A stretch of DNA of 64,000 nt from NCBI RefSeq assembly GCF_011386835.1, contig NC_088802.1, positions 42,656,001 to 42,720,000 on the forward strand, given 5' to 3'. Source of the stretch: Chrysemys picta bellii. Lineage: Eukaryota. This document shows positions 12,401-24,400 of the stretch, piece by piece. Position numbers and translations under genes: made by a program. A model generated the notes under the pieces. The model saw only the letters and a program-made list of their open reading frames with translations, did no database searches and was not told the origin of the DNA. Position 1 is the first letter of the stretch. Every line of letters starts with the position of its first letter.

Positions 12401-15400
12401 TTGTATTCCCGCAGGGCCTTGTTCATAGCTCCTGCCCTTGGTCGCAGAAGGGGTTTAAGGGGACTCGCCTGTAAAGCCTCAAATTGTCCACCAGGGCTCC
12501 CTGTGCAGTAAGACAAAGAGCAACCCATGTCCCCCATCCCTGCTCGCTCCCAGTCCCAGCCCCTTCATCTGCTCTGAGAGCCAAAGGCAGGTTTAACAGG
12601 CTGGGAAATGCCACTGTCTAAATCCCAGAAAGTATCTAAAGAGATCACCCTGTCCCCACCCTAAGCACACCTCCACAAACTGTGTCTGCATATCCCGGAG
12701 CGTGAATGGTCCCTGCAGCGCGGCCGTGTGTGCCACATCTGCTCCTAGGCATGGTATTATTACCTGGCAGCGCTTCCGTGTCTGCACCAAGGGCCTGGAG
12801 ATTAAAACTACCGTCCCAAGCTGCACCAGCATCATCTTCAGCCTCCTGTAGCGCTTCCTGAGAGCAGAGTGGGGGCAGGAGGGGAAGGGAAATTCAGCAA
12901 AGCAGGCCAGCCTGTGGACTAAGCCCAGGAGCACAGGCCCAATGCAGCTCTGGTGTAAGCAAGGCACAAGCTCAGCGACACCAGAAAAGAACAGGCTGCA
13001 TTTGATTTGGCCTTCCTGGTTAGCCTGGCCTCCCCTAAACAGTTACAGCAGTGTCTGTTGGGGGGGGGGGCAGGGTGTGGGGGGGTTTTGGTGGTTTTTT
13101 TTTAACCAATATACAGGCATAAGCCCTAGCGTGGATGCAGTTATACCAGCATAACTGCTTATACCGGCATAGTTTATGCCAGTTTCCCAAGCTACACCAG
13201 TAGAGGCACTTTTGTATCAGTATCACAGCATGCATGGCAGGAGGGTTTCGCCAGTTTAGCTATATTCATACGACTATCAGCAAAACATCTCGAGCGTGGG
13301 CAAAGCTTGAGTTTGCCATCTGTATTCATCGGGGTTGGAATTCCCAAGGGAGTTAGGCACCAAATTCCCAATGTAATTCAATGAGATTTAGGCACCTATC
13401 TCCCCAGGGCATCTTTGCAAATCCCAGCCATTGTTCCGATCCATCCCCTGACAAGCCACTACAGCACACAGGGGAATTAATAACCAGTTATAATAAAGTA
13501 TCGGCCTTAGGATCAACCCTTGCACAACGCCCAAGGGGAGAGGCGAACTTTTTGGCTGTTCCTATGTGTTAGGAAGGACGAATACAGGGCACGGAAGGCC
13601 CTGTGTATCACAGGACTTAGTGTCAGATTTGAAATCATTTTCCAAGCACACTGGTGGGCAAACATGGTGAGAGTCCCCACATGGTGCTGCCTTGTGTGAG
13701 GGCCGCCCCCATGGCGGATTGAACCGGGGACCACTAAAGCTAAAAGTATGGGCTGCTACAGCTTGAGCTAAGGTTCCATAGCCATGGCTGTATCAGCCCA
13801 TATCTTCTGTGGATTGACAGAGGGGGACCTGTGTGTTACACTTGCTTAAGAAACTCTGCTTCCAACTATCAAGAGCGTGAGTTTGCCACATGAGAACCGC
13901 TGTCAGGGTTGTCTCAATAATTGCACTCTGAATCTATGTTAGACCCCGGTGAGCTACATCCACATCGGTAACTGTTTGTCAAGCAGGGCCCCGCTCCTAG
14001 CATGGACAAGCACACCAGGTGGGCAATCAAGACGGGCAGTGCCCATTCTGTCCCTGCATCCTCTTGCAGGTGGGGACACGGGGCTGGACTCCAAGTTACT
14101 GAATCGGTGCACGGCCCCCAGCAGGTGCTTATGCTTACAACTGGCTACAGAATATGAGCATTGGTGTGGCCGTTGACCTCTGACCTTGCCTGGTGCCCCC
14201 GGAAATGAGCCTGGATGACCATGACCTTCTGCCTGAAGACCTGGAATTGCCTGCGGCTGATGAGGCCTCGGAGGTTCCGCTGGAGGGTGACAACGGCCCA
14301 GCTCCGCTTCTGGTTCCATCTTCTCTCCAGCAGCTGCTTGGCCTTCTCCTTCAGGAAGACCTAGGCAGAGCAAACAGCTGCTGACCCCCAAGAAGAGGCA
14401 GAGTCTATAATAGACACTGGTGTTTACAACCCCTTAATGTCACCCTAAACCCCCTGGAGCTATTGCCGCCCATCATAACACAGGCTACCCACTGACATGA
14501 GTCCATTGTTCTTAGATAAGGTGCCCCTGGGTCGCTATTCCAGGCCCTCTATCTATCTAGGGAGGGCTGGAATGGGGGGCTCTGGCTCAGGATTGAGGTA
14601 CCTTGGGACTGCAGAGTGTGGGGGGCCCAGCAGTGGAACACCAGGGCGTGCTGTGGGTCAGCACAGTGGTGCACACAGAAGGTAGGTGGAGGCACAGGTC
14701 AAGACTGAGATGCATTGGCTGCCCAAGGGAATCAGTGTCTGCCCTACGGCTGCCTACAGCCAGCGTTGTCTTTCCCTTTCACAGGCACTAACAATCTCCA
14801 GCTAAAAGCAATAAAATAGAGGTCAAACAATAGAGACGGCCCGGGCAGGAAATCAATTCTCCCACTCATCTGTTCATGTGCAGGAACTGAGCACCCTACT
14901 TAACATCAGCACCAAGGGGATGGACAGACAGGGCTCTGGGATCAAGACAGGGGAATCCTTAGACACCACCTTTGTTACTCCAATCTGATAGAGGTCCGAG
15001 GGGTCCCCCACCACATGCGAGAGCACTGCGGCGCATCCATCCCTCTCCTGCGAATAGCTCTGCCCTTGGCCAGTCAGGGCCCCATACCTGAAAGACAAGG
15101 AGGAAGCCCAGCATGCCCTGGATGACACCAGGAGGGTCAGGTAAGAGAACCAAGCCCAGCACTCTGGCAGCTATGGAAAATCAGGCACAAATGATATCCC
15201 TGAGGCCTGTTGGGTACTGCTGGCAGCATGTGTTATGGGGATATTTCATTAGAAATTGAACTGAGAACATTTCACAAAGGCCACCATAAAGCCATCCCTT
15301 GGAAGTGGCTTTCAGCTGCTACAAGTATGGACCCAGTCCTGCCAGCACTCACACACATGAACAACTCCACACACTGTGTGCCATGGGATTCTCCATGTGC

Positions 15401-18400
15401 AGAAAGTTACTTGCGCGTGTGTGCGCGTGCACTTGCAGGTTCCGGGGCCAAGACTGGATTTGAACTCATGGCCTACTGGTGAGAGCACCCATTCTCCTAT
15501 TATCAAATCCTTGTGCCACTTCCCTTTATTGACTTCCAGTGTTTACCTTCCCAAACCTAGACTCTTTAGAGAGAGACATTTGGGGAGAACATATTTTGAT
15601 TTGAATTATCCCCCAACATCTCTTTCTTTTAATTTTCTTACCAGGAAAGACATCAGCACTTCCCTACCTCACAGAGATGTTGTGAGGATAAATACGTTAA
15701 AGATTGAGAGGGACTCTGATATAAGGTTGCCAATTCTGGTTGGACATATTCCTGGAGTTTTCATCACACCATAATCTTGAATTAAAGATTAATCTTTAAT
15801 TCCTGGAGACTCCAGGGCAATCCTGGAGGATTGGCAATCCTACTCTGATACCATAGTAATAGGAGCCAGATAAGTACCTAAGATAGACAGATCCAAACAA
15901 GCCTGAAGGAGGTAGGCCCAAGACAAATTGCCACACCCCATTGCTTGCTTCATTCCCCTTGAGCTGCCTAGAAATCCCAGCCAAAAGGAAGAGGAAGAGA
16001 AGACAAACCAAAGTACCTGACTAAGAAGTGCTGGAATGGGATGCGGATGGGGTATCCCTCCTTCCTGATGTGTATGGCCTCCAGTATCCCAGAATGCCTC
16101 AGCTGACAAGTGACATATTCCACATCAAAAACGTCAGACAGCTGTGATGTGAAGCCACGAGGAGAGGAAAGCCGGAGTGGATGGGGAAGAGGGAATGGAC
16201 AGATAGAGAGGTGGACCAATAAGAACAGCCACTCCTTGTTGGTTTATCCCCCCCAAGCTTCTGTGAATCCCATACAGCGATTTTGCTATGCTCGAGGGCA
16301 GGTGGTATGCTCTTCACATCCTGCCCCTCAGGTTTCTGGAGGCACTGATGCAATTTCCCAACAGGTGTGAAGGAGGGACCACGTGGGCAGAGGTTGTGAG
16401 AGACAGAGCAGAGCTTGTAGCTGGGACCACAGAGTAGTTGTCACTGAAATCCTGTTCCAGAGAGGGTCTGCACAGGCAGGGCAGAGGAGACACCTCGCAA
16501 TGCTGTGCCCCACTAATGGGAGTGAAGACCAGATGGCAGCAGGCCAAGTGGGGAAGACTGGAGAGCAAGGGAGTGAACTCCTCTGTCTGAAGGGGTCCCC
16601 CAAAACCTGTGGCTGCTTCTGCCACCTAAAGCAGGTGGTTTTCTTACCTTTTTCAGATTGGGCACGATGCAGCGAATGAAGAAAGTATGGCTTCTGCAGG
16701 GCAGAGGAATGGGAAAACACATTAATCTTCCAGTCCCAGAAGTGTCCTGTCTTAACCCCAGTCCCTTCCCAGGGCCAAGGGGAACTCCCAAATCCCCACA
16801 GCTGCTCAGTCAGTCTCTGCCACACAAAGCCAATCCTCCTTTTCTGGTTCTGTAGCCCATTCCCAGTCCCCCCAAGCTTCCCAATCTCCCCTCAAACCAA
16901 GCCCTTATAGATTCTAGCCAGGGGTGACTCTGAGTAGGGCAGTCAGCTTGCAATGGGGACAGTGCCATCATGGTGTCGCTCACCTCCTCAGCTTGGCTGT
17001 GAGATCCTGCAGGGACTGCTGGAATCGGGACACCAGTGTAGAGGCGTGATGCTTAAGCCCTTTGCCTCCCATGGCCAACTCCCCCTGCAGTCCGTGATGT
17101 CCCTTGGCCCGCTGGAAAAGGTGGGACACCAGCTGGAAAGGAGATGGAAAAGGGAGATCAGTGAGTAATGCTCCCCTTTGTGCTATGAAATACGAGTTTC
17201 TGAAATTATTATGGTCAAAGAATGAGGACCCGGCCCCATCATCCTCCCATCCACAAGAGCAGGGCTGGGACTGTTCGTGACCAGAGTATGTTCCCACTTC
17301 GCCCATCTGCCCATGGAGTTGGTAAGGTGTATACTTTGTCTCCAATGCATTTAAAGAAGGGACTGTGGTTTCCCCTAGCTCAGTGGAGCTTCTTATTGCC
17401 TAGAAACAACACTAAGGACCAACCCTGAGGGTGTGTATCAACTCCTCCAAAGCTGGCACCAGGCCACCAGGGTGAGCAGAGTCAGGTGTTTGTCTCTGGG
17501 GGGAAAAGGGGTGGGGGAGAAATATTGGAAAGGGAAGGGAAGGAGAGACAAAAAATAGGGATTTAAGAGTCTGGAAGAGGTAGTGGATAGACTGGGTTAA
17601 TTCGCTGCCAACATACACCCTGGGCACTGCGACTGACCTCCCTGGGGGGCTCAGAGGGTAAGCCAGCAATGAGTTTGGCTTTAATGGGTCTATATCCATG
17701 GCTCATCCAGGTTTCCCAAACGGCAGTGTCAAGTTTCTTACTATTTCCCAAACTACCTCCCATCGCCTGGGTCTTTGGGCTTCCCTGAAGAAAGCCATAA
17801 AGGATCCTGCATCAGAGTAGCATAACCCAGAATGAATACTGTACCTTGAGGTGACTCTGGGAGAAAATCTCAAGGACCTCTGGGCGCAGCTGGTCGTGGT
17901 TTTTATTCAGAAACTTGTGAACCTGTGAAGCCAAACTCTGACTGATCAGAATATAGATCATCACAGCCAGACACAAAAACCCCATCACTGACCGATGCAG
18001 CCCGGCATGCTGCAAAAGTTCCCTTCAACGAACCTTCTGACACGTCCTATAATGACTCAGAATTAGCCCAATGTAACTTGAGAACAGTGCAGAGCTTTCC
18101 CTAAGAAGCATCCCCAAGCTCCCAACGTACTGACGCCTCATCACCTCCATCCCTAGCTCACCGCTCAGAGACTGCTCCAGCCTGGTCCTGGGAGCTTACC
18201 TGGTAGGTGACAGGACCTGCATAGTGCTGCACGGTGAAGACTGGTGAAGGCAGTTTGGGCTTGCCGTACCAAGGGCTGTTTCCATGATGGTAATGGCACT
18301 TCTGGAGAAAGGTGTGGTCAGTGGCCTGTGCAGGAGATAGACACATGCCTCACAGTGTTTTAGCCTATTCTCAGATTGTAGAGCCATTGTTAAACTGGGA

Positions 18401-21400
18401 TTAAGGATGTAAATACATATTAGTTCCTTAAAGGGAACTAGACACATTTTACACTGTATGTGTGACCCACTGTTCAGCTGTATTATACTCTGTACCTATC
18501 TCATAGAGCTGGAAGGGACCCCGAAAGGTCATCGAGTCCAGCCCCCTGCCTTCACTAGCAGGACCAAGTACTGATTTTGCCCCAGATCCCTAAGTGGCTC
18601 CCTAAGTGGCCCCCTGAAGGATTGAACTCACAACGCTGGATTTAGCAGGCCAATGCTCAAACCACTGAGCTATCCCTCCCCAACTGCTAGTGGATGGTTC
18701 ACATAAGGGGATAAGAGTCTACTACAGCTATCAGCTATTAGAGTCACTCTTTTAGTTTAAGAGGTAGCAGCTCTGTGTTTTAGTGCTAGGGTCTGGTGTT
18801 CAAACCCCACTGACAACCCATGATGGATGGGGAAAGAGGATTACCATATAAACTCTTCAAGGACAAACAACAGTAATGTCCACCTTTGACCACGCCATGG
18901 CATTTTAAGTCGGCAAAATAACTCTAAAGAATAACCACCCCACCTTTTCAAATATATTCAAAGACACCAGTCCTCATGGAGGTCTACTAAATAAAATACA
19001 CTTGGAATACTTGCACCAAACTGCTTTTGAGATAGGATTTTAAAAAACAAAGTATGCCAGTTTCCAAGCAGTGAAATAGCTCAGCTTTTCCAGACTGTCT
19101 TAACTCACAAATGTCTTCTCTACTACTGTACCCCCCCAACACACACACACACACACAGGTAAACACAATCCCATTTAGCAGAATAGCAGCCCTGAAAATT
19201 TTCAGTAAAACTGGAGACGAATGAAGAGTGAGCATCAAAATCAGGATTCACTAGTCCCGAGTGACCTTTCTCCAAAACCCACTAACCTACTCCCCACTTC
19301 ACTTGCTGTACCAAGCATGGTTGAAAGCCATGATGCGTTCTTAACCTGAGCCAATGAAGTCTGGTCATCCAGGATGCGTAAAATGCCATGGGGCTTTGCA
19401 GCAATCAGATCCAGGCATGACTCATTGTGCATCTGGGAAATGGGAATCCAGACTAGCTCTTCTTGGGTGTATTCCTCCTACGGATCAGAGGTCATCCAGC
19501 CAGCCCCGCCCACAAGCCATGAAAAGGAGAGGAAATCAGGGAGTTAGCAGAGAGATCCAATTGTTCATCAGTACTGTTAGAAACTTGCATGGTAGCTTCC
19601 CCGTCTTAGCCCATTGGACCCTCTTCTAAGCCTGCTAATGTTCTTTCTAATCTGTGAGGAGAGAGCTACACTAGAGCAAGAAAAGGGGGAGTGTAAGAGA
19701 TACTGAGTCTGGAAATTACACTGATTTCCTGCACAGAGGCAAAGCAAAGTGAAACCCCGAAGCTACCAGAACAAGCCTTAAAGTCATAGGTGTGATCAGG
19801 GTCTCAGATCCCGACTAAGCTGCTTATAACCCTGTAAAACGGAGAAGTGCTCTAGCAGTCTCTCTCTCTCTCATGATCTTACTGTAGAATTAGCACAGGG
19901 TCATGAACAACGTACATAACCTCAGAGACATGCCCTGTGGTGGGAACACATTGGTATTGGACGAGAGCACCAGATCCAGTCAACCCCCTCCTTTCCTGCG
20001 AGCTGAGACTGACTCGACTCGCTGCCATGTGTGCCATCCCCCACCTAATGGGGAAGGTTCTATTTTACCTCTTCCTGGGCAACGACTGTCTGGCTGAAGA
20101 AAAGTTGGAGACGCTCGTTCGCAAAATTGATGCACAGTTGCTCCAAGCTGTTCACCCCCAGATCCTGCGGACGTGCGGGAAGACACATGCCTCACTCTTT
20201 TCTGTTATTAATCATCATCGTTATCACAATAATGCTGAAGGACCAACCCAAGAATGGGGCCCCTTTGTGCGAGGCACTGAACAAAGAGTAGGAGGCAGTC
20301 CCTGAGCCAAAGAGCTGACCTTCTCATGGAGAAGACAGACACAGGGCGAGGGAAGGGGTGAACAATGGGATGGCAGCAAACAGCATGTTAGTGCCTTGAT
20401 TTTGGGGGAGGGGCGCAGAAATTATTCAGAAAGGGATCAGCTAAATGGCAAGAAAGGGGACGGGAGGGGGACACTGTAGGGATGAGGGGGACAGGGCAGG
20501 GCAGAAGAGGGTCAGAGGGGCAGGTGTGGAGTAAAGTCAACGTGAAGAGGTTGTGCCGCAGTCCCTCCTGGAGGGTGTGCAGAGCTGTACAGAACATACA
20601 GCATCAGTCTCTGCTGACTTGAGCCCATAGTCCGGCCAGCCTGTTCTTGGCAAACCCTGGTAATTAGCCTGAGAAGTACAAGTTGTCTCATTTCTGGTTT
20701 GCTCCAGGGCTTCGAAGTGTTACTGCAATACATTAGTAGTCTCACAAGGCTTCCATTATAGGTCCTGCTTCCGGGGTCTGATCCAAAGCCCCGTGAATCA
20801 ATAGGAGTCTTTCCATTGACTTCAGTGGCTGTTGGGCCCTTAATCAGGTCGGGAATGGCATGAGAACAGGAAACAGGGGCACGTGGAAAACAACAACAAA
20901 TTAAAAAACAAGTAAAAGAGTGTTAACCCAACAGAGTTTCAACTTCATCAGAGTGCGAGGGATGAACGGGCACTGTCAGGTTAAAAAGCATGTTCAACAA
21001 GAAACGAGTTTCTTACTTATGTTACTGGGAACACCCAAGATGATTAAAACTCAATTTTATTCTATTTTTAAATCAAGTGCATTTGTCATCATTGTGCTGC
21101 TTGTTTACTTTTGGTGTTTCTCTGGGCTTGGACAATGAAAGTGATCTGGCAAGTTTCATTCTCCAGCTCCCCTGCACTAGCACAACATGGCAGGGATGGG
21201 GCTGCTAGGGAAGTGTTAAATCCAAACGATTTTCATGGGAATTTATTTCTATTGCTTCTAGGTTCTGTAAGACCTTCTTTAACCAGAACCTAAACACTGG
21301 GTTTAAATTAGTGTCTCGCTAACAGCCACACACAACTTTCTTTGTCTTTCAACTACAACACTCTCTTCGGGGCCAGGCTTTTGATCTATATTTAATACAG

Positions 21401-24400
21401 TTTATGTGTTGTAAAGTGCCAGGTACTGTCATGACTTGGTAGAAACCAGAACAGAGGTGTAGTTTGGATTCAGTTCAAGTTTTGGACAGAGACCTGGGTT
21501 TGTGCTAATGTAATCCCAAGTCACTTGGCCATCTGCACGCACACGCGCGCGCACACACACACACACAGTGCCAAGCTATCCCTATTATTATTTTTATAGC
21601 ACTGAAAATACACACGGTGTTTTACAGACATTTCAAATACACAGGACCCCAAATTTTAGGGGATGCTGTCTTCTCCCCCAGCCAACACCTATGACCTCCC
21701 CCTTCTATATTAATAAATGAACCAGAAGCCCAAGCAGCCCTTTCAATAGCTCCAAGACCATACAATGTAACCAGAAAGTCACCTCAAAGCCATATATGTC
21801 GACAATGCCCAGAGTGCTGTCCATTTCCCAGGGGGCTAGCCACTCATTGATCTTCACCAGAAGCCAGTCAAAGAGCAGGGAATACAGAGCCTTGGCAATG
21901 GCATCCCTTGGGGAGGGAGAAGAGCAAAACATGTTACCATAAAGACAACACATTGCGGCTTCTCTCACCAAACTAAGACAAAGAGACAAGAGCATTGGAA
22001 GTTACCTGGCATCAATGGCGCTTTCGACAGACAAAGGGGTGAATATTCGATCATAAGACGTCACCTGGACAGAAAGAGGCACTATTTGTTATAAAAGGCT
22101 GATGGGAAATGTTTTTATCCGGAAACCGTAAGTAATTGAGTCAACCTAACAAAGCTCTTTGCCTGGGATATCCCGTGGATAAAGCAAGGTGAAAGTTAGA
22201 ATAGAACTTTATTAATAGGTCCCTTCGTGGTCTGGGAGTCAGCTGTCAGAGATCTCAAATCAGGCCAGAATCACATATGCATTGTGGCACACTTATGCAT
22301 GTCTAGCAATACAAAGGGGTCTTACGGTAGGTGTAGATGTAATTTATGCCCACTTCAAGGTCTCTTTACACTGCCAGAGTGACAGAAAGGGGTCTTAGTA
22401 TAAATAAGAATTAAACCCATCAAATCTCCCTCTACAACCCACTGCAGGAGTCACTTTCCATTGCTCTTGCTGTCAACTCCCAGAGTTTAAGCCCTCCAGG
22501 ACTAGTGCCAGGTAGGGTGACCAGATTGCCTAATTTTATAGGGACAGTTGTGATATTTGGGCCATTTCCTATTATCCTATTACCCCCCCCCCATCCTATT
22601 CCTATTACACCCCACCCGCTGTCCTGATTTTTCACATTTGCTATCTGGTTACCCTAGTGCCAGGACATTCTCATCGGAGGACCCATCCCTTCAGGAGCCT
22701 TCTCCCTCCAGCATACTGCCAGATCCTGAGTTCAATGCACTTCAGAGCCCCTGGAAGAGTTACCCCTTTGGTCAGGCTCTTGACTCAGTAATGTAGGGGA
22801 TGGGGAGTGCAGGAATCTGTTGGTAAATCTCTTAAATTGGAAGGTTTTGATGTTGATGATAATTAGCAATTGGCTTATGGATGCCAGCTCCCCCCAGATT
22901 TTAACTATAGGCACAAATATGAACTCCTTAATAAACAGGGCCTTTTTGCGGCATAGTTTAGCCTGGCCAGGGGTGCAATCTGTTGCCGCATGAGCATAGC
23001 CCACTGTATCTCAATCCATGGCTACTCAGGATTGCATGCGATGGGAACACGTGAGCCGCTCACATCTGCACTAGCGCAGGAGGAAGGAAGTGCGCCCTTG
23101 CACAGTCTGCTCCTGGGAACGAGGAGCAGCAGCATTTTTGTTCTCACCTGGATAGGAGGCCTGGTTCTTCAGCTGCAACCTTCCTTACATCACTCAGTAG
23201 GAGGCAACAGTAAAGCAGCTGCCAGCAGACACACTGCTCAGATCCCTCTGCAGAAAGAGCACTGGGCTGGGGCACAAGCACTCTTTCTACACAATGCAAC
23301 TTCCACACTGAAGTCCCTCAGGATGACGGGGAGCGGGCTGAAGGGGCCATGCGGTACTCACCGTGACTCGGTGAGTGATGGCGCTTTGGAGGCGATCTGC
23401 TGAGACATGCAGCAAATTGGCCACAATCCGGATTTCCGTGTCGCTGGGGATGGCTGCAAGGCCAAAGGATTCCTTCTAAATCATGGGGGAGAAGAATGCG
23501 TCTAAGCTTGTCCTGGATACAGAGTCCCATACTTAACCAGCACACTTCTGCAGAAAATTGAACTCATCCCACTGCATAGGGGTGGGTCACACTGTAGTGG
23601 GCAAAATCTTGCCTTTGGCTTGTAGATCAGCTCTTCAGGCTCTAACTATCCCTTGACAGCCCAGGCATCTGGGTTCTGCTCTCCGTTTCTCTGGGTATTG
23701 GCCGCAGTCTTGAAGGAGGGGATGACCACGTGCAACTGAGACTACTCTCCCAAGCCCCATCACACGAGGCTGCTGACCTGCTTGATATTAGTCACGGCCA
23801 AACTGGCGAGGTGTTAACATACCTCACAGGAGGTAAAACAGATGTTCCCCAGCTGCAGGATGGCAGCCAGCACTGCCCAGATGGAGGTCAGCTGATCATC
23901 TGAGAGGCCAATCACCTGCAGAGCTTGCACCAAGACCACAAACTCCCGATCATCTTGCTTCCCCGAGAGGTCGCATGCTCTGCCCTGAGAGAACCAACGA
24001 AAGCCTGTGATTGGACCCACGGCCCCTTCACACCAGGCTCTCGCTCCAACGTCACTTCCCAGCACTAGAGAGGGGCCCAAATTGTAAAGCTCAGATCTGG
24101 GTTTCAGAGCACAGGGGGTTAGGTTGGGCTCATCAGAAGGAGAGAGCCCATTTCAGAAACATGCCTACCCAAACTTTTGAACCCCCACAGGCCTCGGGCA
24201 GGGGTGCCGGAATGGGGGTGCCAGGGGGCCATGGCCCTCATACTATTTACCAGCCATAAGGGTGAGCGACGGGGGGGAAGGGGATGGAGAGGAGCGAGCA
24301 GGGGACGGGGTCTTGGGGAGAAGGGGCGGCGTGAGGGCAGGGCCTCGGTGGCAGCACAGGGGAGACAATGCCACAGTTTGGGCACCATTGCCCCCCCACA

